DNA of 64,000 nt, taken from Antedon mediterranea (taxonomy: Eukaryota; Animalia; Echinodermata). Each line of letters starts with the position of its first letter. The first letter of the stretch is position 1. The notes under the pieces were generated by a model that saw only the letters and a program-made list of their open reading frames with translations, was not told the origin of the DNA and did no database searches. This document shows, piece by piece, positions 48,008 through 61,200 of this stretch. Position numbers and translations under genes: made by a program. The stretch covers positions 18,662,001-18,726,000 of the forward strand of contig NC_092671.1 in assembly GCF_964355755.1 (NCBI RefSeq), in the 5' to 3' direction.

Positions 48008-48172
48008 AGCGTGGTTCCCACTAGCGACGCAACACAAGGACGTAACGCAACGCAAGTGAATTGACCAATCACAAGCGATGGCTTGGTAACTGTCTATAAC
48101 TTCGCTTGTCATTGGTTAAAACGCTTGCGTTACGTTTACGTCCTTGCGTTACGTTCTAGTGGGAACCAAGCT
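48008..48172. mobile_element. PIF/Harbinger-type (Tourist-like) MITE, nearly fully palindromic
   Basis: TTA|AGCGTGGTTCCCACTAG ... CTAGTGGGAACCAAGCT|TTA: long imperfect TIRs and a 3-bp TTA duplication. Degenerate relatives at ~21850-21970 and ~34358-34470. Confidence 0.75.
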
Positions 48173-49182
48173 TTACTCTCCCATTTTACGTATCTCATTT
48201 TGATGTAAGAATGTTAGGGTCTTTCGGACACATATATAGTACATTATATGCATTAGCTTTCGGGTTTATAGACACATTTACCCGATTTTACGAGGACAAT
48301 ACTGTTTTAACGGACACCCGGCATATTTAGCAAACACCCACATCAAGGGGAAGGTCTGTTGGATTTTAAAAGTGTCGTCTTAATAGGGTTTTACTGTATT
48401 CGTAAACATTAACCGATACATAGCGCTCACACTCTGCTATCTTTGTACATGATCCATTCTGTATCACAACGAACGACACGATTGCCAAAGAAAGATCATG
48501 GCAAACATTACAAATGTTTTCATCACCAATAGATAACAAAACAAAAATTGTTTAATAAATATTTGTTTATATACAATAAATGCAACAAAATTAAATATCT
48601 ATCAGCGGCAGTATTAAAAAAACGAAACTGAAAACAAAATCACATTGGTTTATTTTATTCTTTCCAAACATTTAAAGAATAATTTGATTATCATTTAAAA
48701 TATTTTCTTTCGTTTATATTATTTTCTATATTTTAGACTGCTGTGATGGAACAACAGTATATCAGGCAGAGATGGTTGGGGAACATCCATGGATCGAGCT
48801 TAATTTGAAATGGGTGCATGATGATTGCATAGGTATATATATGGTTGTAGTCCTAATGCTTCCTATTATGAGATATTTGCTAATTGTTGTTGACTACCGA
48901 ATTTGTGTATGAACCGTTTTATAATCATTTTAAATTTAGGTAGTGCATTTGATATTCACCAACCTTAAACCTGCATTGTTTTATGGCATATAAGTCTTGT
49001 CTGTGCTTATATACAAAATATTTTGCTACAAAGTTAAATGTATTTATACTCTAGCATAATGTTAAATTTAAACCAGAAATTTAAAATAATACAATAAAAT
49101 ATTTTTTTATTATTCAAATATAAAAATAAATGATTTCGTATATATTACATTGGTATTTAATAAAATTATAATTTTCTTATTG

Positions 49183-49297
49183 TTATCTACTTAGACCCAT
49201 TGCTTTGTCGAGAAATGATGCAAAGTTTTCTGGTTTTCCTTTTGGATATGGCTTCAATTGGGATGCGTCAAAGATCTTTAATGTATCTTCCAAAGTA
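49183..49297 (-). CDS. ALG13: ALG13 exon 4 (terminal)
   Basis: [38 protein letters not shown]; TTTCAG acceptor. Confidence 0.9.
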
Positions 49298-52200
49298 CTG
49301 AAATAAGAACAGAATATAATCAAGTGAACAATATATGTACATGACATGGCTACATAGATAAATATTAGAAATAAATAAATGCATAATATCTAAGACCTGT
49401 TTATACTAGAATGACAAACACTGACGATAAAAAGATAAATATACTGTACTTTTTTTTCTACAGAGAACAAACGAAATAGAAATGTTTTTCAATTCGAGGA
49501 CTGTAGAATAACCATTCATAGTTTCGTAGATAAATATAATATTTAGAGATAACTAAATAAAAATACCTGTGTGAATTTGTATTATATTGTATCAAAAACA
49601 TTATTGATGGCACTTTCTACACTCCATAAAAGAAAGGAATAAACATCCAAATATGTATTGCTATTGTAAACCTACATACAGGTATGGCCTATAGAAAATT
49701 AGCATCTTTTTCAACTATAACTGTGACAGTACACATTAGTCCAGTCAATCTAATGATATACCCACCACAAATTGCAATAGTAACAAAGCAAGTATTTTTG
49801 AATTCCATATAAAGTGTAGAACGACATACTAAAAGTCACCGAAAATCCAAGCATTGGGTCAAGGGGTCAGAGGTCAATAAAGGTTATTTTAAGTCAAAAT
49901 TAATATGCCCCATTAATTACATATATTTAACCATTTGAAATACATTATATACAAGTATGATTTATGTCATCCGAAAGCTTATTAAATTTCCTATTCATTG
50001 ATATCAAACTTATAGTCATAACATTTTATTTAGCATGTCATTTTTGCGGAAAAACACAACATAATGTTTCAATTTTGGCTAAAAATGTTGTTTTCGCTGT
50101 AAACAACAATGGTATACACAGGGATACCCATGGGGTGAACATTTCAGTCCAAAGCGATACACATGACCAGCTCAAGATGCAGATGAGTGACATCTCCGTT
50201 CCTGTTACTTCTCGATGATCTACATTCCATTTTTTCCAGATGGCATTTGTGTTGCCATGGTTACACTATTTATATTGGGACGTATAAGTATTTTAACGAT
50301 TTTTTAACCAGTAGAAATACAAAGATGTTCAACAGCAGTTTGACAATGACCTCCATGTTGTATGACATTCGGAACCATCTGGGCTAGATTGTCAACAGAC
50401 CTGGTGATTGAAAAGGTTTCTATGAGAAGCCTTAAAGAAAACCAGGTTTGACAAGAGATTTGGGAATGAGTACATTCAGACCAAATCTGCGCTGTATGTA
50501 ATGCCTTTGCAATAGTATCAGGGCGTTACTCCAACAGCGGCCAACATAAGACCTTGTGGCCACACGTCAGGAACACAATGGCAATTGAAAAATCCATTTG
50601 GTTACGACTCAGAGACTTCATACCATTGACATGGGAGTTACTGCAGGTGACTCGGAATATTGGCAATGCGGTATTAAGCATTGAATATTTTGGAAGGATG
50701 TTAGGCCAGAAAGTCTTGCAATGTATTCAAGATCCTGGCAATAAAGTACATACAGGCAAATATGTGTGCATAGATCCTACAGTTCCAGAGGGGCTCGAGG
50801 TGACAACAAGGAAGTTTTTGAACATGAACTTTGTTATCCACCAGCACTTTTTGAAACTACCAACTTACAATACTTTCAGCTAAACCAACATGATGCCATG
50901 TGGAAACAACTTCTTATGAATAGTCTAACACATCCAACTCACAGAATGCTGTCCAGTAAGCCTACATTTTAGATGGTAGTGCTCTACTTCACAGCATTCC
51001 ATGGAATAGTGTAGAGACTTATGATGCGATCTGTAAAAAATATTGCTCTGCCATCATAGTCTTTGATGATTATGAAAGCGCCAAAGACGGCGCACATGGT
51101 AAGGCGGGTCAGGTGGTAGTGTCCCTGTACATTTTACCAGTGACATGTTCCACAAAATAGGATCACTTTCTGTAACAAACAACAATTTATAAATCTTCGT
51201 AACTAGTATTTGAACAACATGGCAATGAGTGAATGCAGCTGCTGATGCAGATGTTATTTCGGATAGTACAAAAAAACCATTGAATCAGCAAACAGGAAAA
51301 CATCTGTATCCGATGACTTTTGAGAGACATCTGTGATAACCTTCTGTTTGCTCATGCGATACTGGTGACACAACATCCAGAGTTTTCGGAATTGGAAAAC
51401 AAGTGGCTCTAAAAAAAGCTTGTCATTGCACTTATTTCTGACATTATGCTGTAGTCTTCAGATGCAAACAAGATACAAAGGATGACATTGTGGTTGCTAG
51501 AGAAAATGATTTAGTGTGTCTGTACAATGGACGACCTGGACAGCGTGGAATGCCTTTGACTCCATCCCATCTACAAGTACAACCTCGCATATCGCCAACT
51601 TCATAGTCGTACCACAACCAAGGTACTTAACATCATGTTCAAGTTCAAGTTATCTTTTAGCAATGGAGTGGGGTTGATATGTGTACCGAGGACTGGGGAT
51701 GGAAGATCAGATGATGGAAACATGGTTCCTCTACACACAGACTTAAAGCCAGCACCTGAGTATCTCCTTGAAGCATTCAGGGGTAACTAGAACTACATGT
51801 GATGAATGCAATGGCATTGCACTGTACTAATACCCAAACAAGAAAGTGATACTGATGACATAGTTGTGAGTCCATTTCTATTTGAAGGATTAAAGAATAT
51901 CATCCCACACGGGGCAATTCAAATAAAAAGTTCTGGATTAAAATGATCTTACAAAATATACAAAAATATCACAATACACATTACAATATAACAAGAGTCA
52001 AAGTTCAAGAAATTAAGAGTCGGATGGCAACTGGCAAAAAAGAATTTCTTTTCCGGTTTGTTCTACATGCCGGGCATCGAAAGCGACGCCCATGAGACAT
52101 GAGCTCGAAATCACTGAACAAGGCATGGTTAACATTTTTTAGAATAGCTCTACTTTTTTCTAGAGTTTGCATGTCACAGAAGGAAGACAAGCTACGAAGT

Positions 52201-55200
52201 TGACAACCTATTAATTTAGAACTTAAATTAACAATTCTTTGTAGTGAGTTTCTCTCTTTGACCCTATTAAGACTAAAAAACCAGCATATAAAGAAAAAAA
52301 GTTAAAACGTTCTCAATAAAGGAATTATAAAAAAACCTGAGAATTACTTTATCGACATTAAAATGGTTCAGCTTCCTTAACAGATAAAGTCTATGGTGTC
52401 CTTTCTTTACTATTGCCTCTGTATTTAATTCCCAGCTGAGATTGTCCTCAAAATATAGTACCTAGGTATTTAGGAATGGACAATATCACTGGTTCGTCAT
52501 TTATGAGGGATACCAGAGGGCTGCGTCATTTCTCCTTCCTAAAATCTACAATCATCTCCTTGGTTTTGGTCACATTGAGTTCCAAGTAGGAGTTTCCACA
52601 AAATTGGATAAAACCATCTAACCGTCCTGTGAATTTTTAGGGAGAGACAGCAAGACAGTGTCGTCAGCAAATTTGACAAGATGACTATTGTCCTGTTTGC
52701 TGCGACAGTCATCCGTGTATATAATATACAGGAGATGAGAGAGGACGCAACCCTGGGGCGATCCAATACTTGTCATTACGTACATTCATTGATACTAAAA
52801 TCATCAAAAATCTATCTATAGTTAAATCATGAGTTGATTCCAAATTATCAAGACTCATTAATTAATCAACAATAGTACATACCGCTAATGAATTTCAATG
52901 TTCTTCTAGCTAGCATCATTTTTCCTATTTCATAACGATACAATAGGTACAGGAAAAACATTATTTGCACCAAACACTTGCAAAATATACATAAACATAA
53001 TTTAGTTTTACGCTATTTAAAGAAAATTAGAGTTTTCGTAAAAGGTCACTGACCTCTATAGTTACATAACAACTGTTGTATCAATTAGTTTTTAGAGTAA
53101 GAAATACATATTATACACATTTGTAGTTATTTAGATGTTATTGGCAGGCATAAATGTTACCTACTACTACACTACCTGTTGTTGATAACAATTTATCATT
53201 ATTATAGGATTATTTTTATTTGAGTACATAATTAATTCAAAATACTTAACATCATTTTTCCTATTTCATATGACGATAGGTACAGAGAAAAACACAAGTT
53301 TCATCAAATGCAACGGCAATTACGGAATAAGACATTTTGTTAGGAAAAATTTGAGTTTTTGTAAAAGGTCAATGACCTTTTGACCTCTAGTTAAGTATAA
53401 CTGTTGTATTAATTGTTTTTTTTAATGTATATTAGTAGGATATATATACTCTACACATTGGTACTAAAGCTATTTAGATATGATTATAAAACAATGGATT
53501 ATAGGCATAAACGCTACCCCTACCCAAAAATTGTTTACATTACTTACATTTGATCAAGAATCAATTTCAATAAGAATAGTACATCATTACTTTTAAAATT
53601 CTTCTAGTTAACATCATGTTTCCTATTTTATATATATCGATAGGTACAGAAAAAACACAATTTTGATTAAATGCATCCACAATTATGGCATACGATATAA
53701 CAGTTAATCATTTTTTAAAGGAAAAAATGAGTTTTTGTAAAAGGTCAATAACCTTTTGACCTCTAGTTATATAAATAAGTGTTGTATTTTGTTTTTTTAA
53801 ATTGCATATTAGAAAGAAATATATATTCTACACACTGATATCAAGATTATTGAGATTGGATTATAAAACCACAAGTTACGGGCATAAATGTTACCCCCTA
53901 CCCCAAAAATATTTACGGAATAAAATCCCTATATAGTTGTTGAGATTACGTAAAAAATAGTGTGTTCCAATGCTTCAATTTTCGGTGACTTTTAATATGT
54001 CATTCTAAACTACATTTGGAATGAAAAAATCAATGTTTCGTTACTATTGCAATTTGTGGTGGGTTTACCTCTAAATATCACTAGATTGACTGGACTACAT
54101 ATGACATTATAACCTAGTATAATTGGGGGTACATTGGTCAATTGGATTATTACCTGCATGTGCAATATTGCAGATGGTCATCTTTGTATAATTGGTAAGC
54201 TAGTTCAATCTGATGATTCCCCATCAATTGCTCATTAATCACAACAATCAGTGGTTTACCCCCTTCAAGTGTTTCCATTACACTGCCAGCACCTAAACAA
54301 AACGAGAATGCAGAATGTTGCTTTAAAGTATACAAGAATGAGTGTGGGTGGGTAGAAATAGTATACAATTATTGTTTATAGGTGCAATGGAGAGAATATT
54401 TTCATTGAAACTTGGCTCCACCTAGTTGAATAGAACACTGTATCTTGAACGCAAATAATCAAACAATATTTGGCTTAATTGCTGCCTTTGCATAAGATAA
54501 ATTTATTGGTCCATCACTAAAAAGTTAATTTATGCTCTTGTCAAATTTATTGAGCCGATTTAGTTTTTGAGGAGATATTTAAAGGATAAAGATAAAACAT
54601 GTTGAATATCTAAAGAAAGAGAATAGAGCATTGAAGTTAGTAATCTACAGTATAGATACCATGTTGTGAAATCAAAGTTTTTTCTAGACTTTATATTATA
54701 TCTATTTTTTATATTTCATGCCAGTTTCAAATGTATTTCCATTTTATATTACTATGGACAGTAAAATAAGAATATATTAGTATCAGTATATTTCTATTTT
54801 GAAATATTTTTGCATCATACTCCTTCAACTTAAATACAAAATGATGTTAAGAACAGCTCTATCATACATACCTGCATGACTAATAACAAGATCTGCATCT
54901 TTTATATCGTCTGCGATGGAATTTTTATATCTATAATATTTAAGAGTAAAGTTTGTTCTTGAGACTTCTTCTGGCTCAAAGTTTCCACGACCAATTTGAA
55001 GAACAGCTTTTGTGTAGCCTAGTCTTTCCAGTTGCTATAAATAATCAAATTATCTGTATATTTTTAACATAACCTGTAAATAATCAACCTCGGGCTGGCC
55101 CTAGCTAGCCTAACTCCATATAAACTGAACGTAACCTGCTGCAATTGTATATTCAGTATTCCTGATTGATCGAGGGCCTAGTCTAACAGGACATCCCGTC

Positions 55201-58200
55201 TAACATAGCATGGCATTGCCTTAGCTCTATCTACATACTGTAGTATCGACCGTAAGGGGGTGCCCACGCAATGAATGGCCCGAACCCACCAACCGTCTGC
55301 GGGCGCCTGGTTCTAGTACTTGTGACGTATGGACGTCTGGGCGTCATGCGCAGACGGTTGGAGCATACCAGAAATCGGGGCAATTAGCCACGGAATTTGC
55401 CGTGGTAACAAGGATACGGCTAACAGCAGTATCATCAGTGATAGGAACTGGATAGATATATTGGATTACTGTATTACATTGGATTTGCCCCAAGCGGCTT
55501 TTGGAAATCACGAATCGATCTCCAGCGGCGGGGTTCAAACTTTCCGGTTTAGGTATTAGTTAGAGTCCAGGGTTTTCGTCTGTTATATTACCATGCCGAT
55601 AGATGGGAATCGTATTCGAGTGAATTTTTGTACACTCGAGCAATTATGCGATATTCCGGGAATAGGAGTGGTTCGGGCGGACGAAATTTTGTCCCTTAGG
55701 ACCAGATTAGGTAATATTTCATCCGTAATAGATTTAAGTTCTATTAAGGGTCTGAGTAAGAAGCCAGAGTTCTTAAGCAGATTTGATTTTTCACCTAACC
55801 TTAGGTTGTCACCCGAGGACTTTAGTCGAATGTTGGGTTCTGTGTCTTCATTATGATTTTAGTGTTCATTCCGCGGCCCAACATTTAGGATCTGAGGGTG
55901 GAGCTGATAGGGGAGGCTCTGGGGAAAAGGGAGTGGATTTTGATAGGGCTCACCATGGGTTAGGTGATATGTCTCCGATGGTCCGACTGCAGGGGTCGGC
56001 ATCGTCTGGGCCTGCTGGGGTTAGTAAGGGCGCCGCTACAATTAAAAAAGTGCCCTAAAGAAGGCGGTGGGTCCCGGGAATGACGATACTCGTTCCCGGA
56101 AAACTGAGCAAAAGCTTAAGTTTATGTCTTTTAGGGATTTTCACTTTCTCCAGAGAACCAGGAAGGTGGTTACTCTAGTGGGGAGGAGGCTCACGTGGGT
56201 TCCGCAGAAGAGTACGCAGCGACTCTCCTGTACAAGGCTGGGGAGATATCCTCATGTAGAGGGGGGAAAGAGTTTAGCGGGAATAAAGGATATGGGACTC
56301 CGGTGTCTAAAGGGGGATATCCGCTCCACAGAGGGAATCTCAAAGGGACGAAGTTGGTACAGGCCGACAATGGGCAAATATGAGAGAGGGTAACTCATGG
56401 GGTGGAGATAGATCAGGGAACGGGTTCCCTGGGGATGGTACTTGGGACCGTCCTGAATATCGTCCAAGGGATGAAAGACCAGGACCCTCGCACATGCCTA
56501 CTTGTCAGGAAGCGGATTGGACTTCGGACCGATTCGGGAGGTTGGATGGATACCAGGGGTCCGAGTCTCCGTATGGATGGCCATCCGGTTGTCAACGAGA
56601 GGGGCCAGGTCGTCAGGACTGGGACTATTCATGGGTCGTTCCACAACCCTGGGGTAGATACGAAGAGAGGCCACTATTATACCAGGACCGAAGGGATAGG
56701 GGTCCAAGGGCCGGAACTAGGGGTAATAGGTCAGGGGGTAGGTCAAGATGGGAACCTTTCCGATCTAAGGATGTCCCAAGAAGCCTGGTATATAGAGGTA
56801 AGGATAACTGGGCTTTCTTTAAACGTAGATTTAGGGCCTTTTCGGAAGAGCATCATCTTTCGCCCTGGGAGATGAAGGCGGCTTTGTGTTGGTGCTTGGA
56901 GGGGGCTGCGGCGGACCTCTACACCAATTTAGTAACGATGGATGGGGACATTTCCTTTTGGGACATAATCCATGCCTTTGACCAACGGTTTACGGAGGAT
57001 GAACTTCCCGAGGTCCTCCAGGCCAAGCTAGAGACCGCATCCCAACATGAAACAGAGTCAGTAGGGAAATGGGCCAATCGGGTATTAACTCTAACTAGGA
57101 AAGCATTCAAGCTGCTTTCCAATGAATGGATACAGAGACATTCAGCTATGAAGTTCTGTATTGGGTGCCGTAACACGGGGGTGGGAAAATTGGTACTTTT
57201 TGAAAATTGCGCGACTATGTCCGAGGCGCTAGGAAGTATGATAAATTTAACAGCCTCCAATCTCTTTATGAAACTAAGTGGGGAAAAGAAATGACATCAC
57301 TACCACCCCAGGCAAGGTCTCCATCTGTCTCAATTAGGCCGACGACACAATCATGTCCGCTTTCCTCCATGCCGGGGGTGGAAAATAGGGGATTTTACAG
57401 ACCACCACCTAGAGGTGGGGCCGAGGTCCGGCTGGGTGGGTTAGTTAATAGAGGCGGATTTGGCCCAGGTTAAAGGGTTGTTAAAAAGGGTCTTGGAGAT
57501 AGTACTGTAGAGGGTGGGGATCGATTGGGTGGGGGCTCAGGGCCGTCACCTCCTCCCCAATCCACTACTACTACCTGGGACCGCTGTTTTGAATGTAATG
57601 AGGTGGGTCATTTCAAAAGGGAATGCCCGAAATTAGCGCGGCAAGCCAGGCAGGTAGGGGAACAAGAAGATCCTTTAAACGAATAGGGGTCGGGGGTCGG
57701 GGCCTGACCACCGACTGCCAGCGTTTTGAAGGCTCATGCGCTAAAAGGGAAGAGGTACAGGGGTACCCGGGTGGGGATCCTCTGGGGGTGTCCGTGGACA
57801 TAGTTAGTTTAAAGGAAAGGGAACCGTGCATAGTGGTAAATAGGGTAGAGCTGGACCCCGCCCCACCAATAATTGCAGAACTTTCCTTTAAATTAGAAGG
57901 GAGGGGACTTCTATGCCGGGGTACTGGGTAGGCCCAGTCACTTTTGCATTAGGTTCGCCGAAGAGTACACTGAATACGTGGCGCCTATAAATGACGATAT
58001 GTTGCTGGGAGGAGATTTTTTGATACCCAATCGAGCTCTTATCGATTGTGGGAAGCTATTACTGTCTGTGGGAACAAGTGCACTTTCGCTTTGCAAAGAG
58101 GCGGGGGAGGTTAGCCCTAGGGTTGGCCAGGTGACGGTTGGCAAGCGCAGGGTGCTTCCTCCGTTTTCGGCGGGGTATATACTGTGCCGGTTGGACGTAA

Positions 58201-61200
58201 CAGGGGAGCATCTCCCCGATTATTTCATTGAACCCGATAATCAGGGGAAAGTTTTAATTCCATCCACCATTCATCGGGGTGGGACTGTTCCTAAAGTTTG
58301 CGTGGCGAATCTTACGGGCAGATATGTAACACTTAAACAGGGAGAGGTTGTGGGGAATGCCACTGAGTGGGAGGGTAATCATGCGCCTTCTCAAGGGGGA
58401 TCGGTGTCCACCGTAGGGGTTGACAGTGCAGAGAAATCCTCCACGGAACAGGGTGGGGTACCACAACACCTGGAAGGGATGTTATTGTTAGCGGACGTAG
58501 CGAAAACCTTGACCGGATCTGAGTTCGATAGGGCGAAACAACTGCTCATTGAGTTCCAAGATGTCTTTGCGGCTCATCAATTTGATATAGGGACTCTGAA
58601 GGGTATTGAGCATACTATTGATACGGGGGATGCGCCGCCAATCCGACAACGACTCCGACCAACTCCCATGCACTTCGCCAGGGAGGAGGAAAAGGAGATC
58701 AATAAAATGTTACAAGCAGGGGTGGTTCAGCCGGTGTTGGTACGCAAACGGGACGGCTCAGTGCGGTTATGTATCGACTACCGGGTTCTAAATAATGTTA
58801 CAATTAAGGATGCCTACCCTCTGCCCTTGGTACGGGATTGTCTCGACGCTTTGTCGGGCAACACATGGTTTACCAAATCGGATGCCATATGGGGGTACTG
58901 GCAAATTAATATGGGGGAAAAGGATAGGAGAAAAACGGCATTCATTACCAAGTACGGGCTATTTTAATTCGTTAAAATGCCGTTCGGGCTATCAAATTGC
59001 CCAGCCACATTTTCACGGGCTATGGGTTTAGTATTGAGGGGGATAGCCTGGGACACCGTTCTTGCCTTTCTGGACGACATTGTAGTCATGGGACGGAATT
59101 TGGATGACCATTTGGGCAATATCCGACATGTTTTAGAACGTTTCCGTGCAAGTAGCCTTAAGCTCAAGCCGAAAAAATGTATTTTTTTCCAACGGGAGGT
59201 GGAATTCCTAGGCCGGGTGGTTGGTGAGGATGCCTTATCGATTTCGGCTACAGATGTTACTGTAGTCCAGGATTGGCCCGTACCTACTTTGGTAAAGGAG
59301 TTGCAACAGTTCCTGGGACTGGCTAATTATTACAGAGAATTCATTGACCATTTTGCCGATAAGGCTGGGCCGTTGTATGAATTACTGGGTAAAGGGGTGC
59401 CATTTGTATGGGGATCCGAACAGCAAGCTGCTTTTGCTGGTTTAAAGTTGGCTCTCATTACACCTGCTGTTCTCACTCTTCCTAATACCAGGGACGAATT
59501 CATTTTAGATGTGGATGCGTCAGACCTGGCGTTGGGGGGAGAACTACTACAAGTACAAGGGGATCGGGAGAAGGTAATTGCGTATGCTAGCACCCGTCTT
59601 ACGGCGGAGCAGCGCAATTACTGTACGACCCGCAAAGAATTATTGGCGGTGGTGTATTTGACGCGTCATTTTTGCCACTATCTCTTGGGTAGACCTTTTC
59701 GGGTTAGAACAGACCATAGCAGCCTGGTCTGGTTACTGTCGTTTAAGAACCCCCAAGGGCAATTAGCTAGGTGGATAGAGGAACTCAGCCTCTATAATCT
59801 TGTCCTGGAACATCGTAAGGAGGTACTACATGGGAATGCAGATATGCGTTATCCAGTCAGGCCGGACCGGTTGACCACTTTGAGCAGGGGTTGATCCCGG
59901 GGATTTGCCTTGCGGGGGATGCTCTTATTGCGTCAGGGCACATAGCCGGTGGGTCCGTTTCCGGGAGGACGTGGATGACGTAGTCCCGATTTAACAAATC
60001 CGGCAAATAGGACCGGACCCAATGAGGAGGGGCTGGTGGACCCGGGTGGGACTACGATCGAGGTCGTACGGGGGCCTTCGTGTTGTGCCATTAATTTGGT
60101 TCAAGACGATGTGGGGGGAATCTCAGCTATACAGCCCGACGGTCGGGTATCCATGTGCTGAGGATACTTCCGTAAAGAGCTTGAGCAATTTCAGGCTAAG
60201 GATCCCGATTTGGCAGCTATCAGGGGGTGGTTAGAATTGGGGGAACCGCCAGACGGGGAATTATTTAGCTCCAGTCCGGCGACTAAGCACCTATGGCTGA
60301 ATCGGGAGTGGTTACATATCGGGGAGGATGGGCTCCTTTACATTTTCAGGGATGACATGGGAGGCGAGCGGCTAATTTTGCAGCGAGAACTCCATGCGGA
60401 GGCTCTGAAGCTTCATCATGACATTCCATCGTCTGGGCACCAGGGAATGTCCCGCACCAAGCTCAGACTCCGAACTAAGTTTTTTTGGTATGAGATGGGG
60501 AGAGATGTGGAGCGCTACATCCGGGCCTGCGAAATCTGTAATCAAAACAAAAAGACTGCACATAAGGGCAGGTCCCCGTTAACGGAGTTTCACGCAGGGT
60601 CGCCAATGGAGCGGGTCCACATTGATTTCTTGGGACCATTACCTAAGTCGGAGGCGGGTAACGTCCAGATCCTTATGATGGTGGATCAATTTTCAAAGTG
60701 GGTGGAGATTAGTCCGTTACCCTCACAGACTGCAGAGGTGACGGCCAGGGCTTTAGTGGCGAACTTTTTTAGTCGGTTTGGGGTTCCGTTCGAGCTGCAT
60801 TCGGACCAAGGCCGTAATTTCGAGAATGAACTGTTTGGTTCTCTCTGTAAAGTTCTCCAAATTCACAAGACCCGGACGACCAGTTATCGTCCATCCGCCA
60901 ACGGACAGGTCGAGTGTTATAATCGCACACTGATGGATGCGGTTCGTTGCTTCGTCGGGAAGAGGCAACGGGACTGGGACGTCCATTTACCTCAAATAGC
61001 GGGGGCGTTGCGGGCGACCGTTAATCCCGCATTTTGACGCACATTTTCATCTGGACCGTTTATTTTCGGCCCTAGGGCTGCCCCCAATATATCAGCTACG
61101 CCGTGCGAGGGATGCAGACCCGGTAAAGCCAGGAGATCCAAAGGTCACCGTTGTAGGGGCAATCGCGGTTTTCTGTGATCCGCCCACTTACCCATCCCTT

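Larger units (their letters stand above)
49737..54097 (+). mobile_element. Decayed Academ (AcademX-type) DNA transposon in ALG13 intron 3
   Basis: ~120-bp TIRs (TAGTCCAGTCAATCTA..CCCACCACAAATTGCAATAGTAAC..AAAAGTCACCGAAAAT), TAG..CTA termini and a 3-bp TSD (CAT). Frameshifted transposase/XPG-like remnants: [68 protein letters not shown] plus a Cys-rich tail. Confidence 0.8.

Noticed and set aside
48737-48910. Possible Cys-containing coding exon after a TTTTAG acceptor
   Set aside because: Only one short open frame, no recognisable family and no partner exons found.
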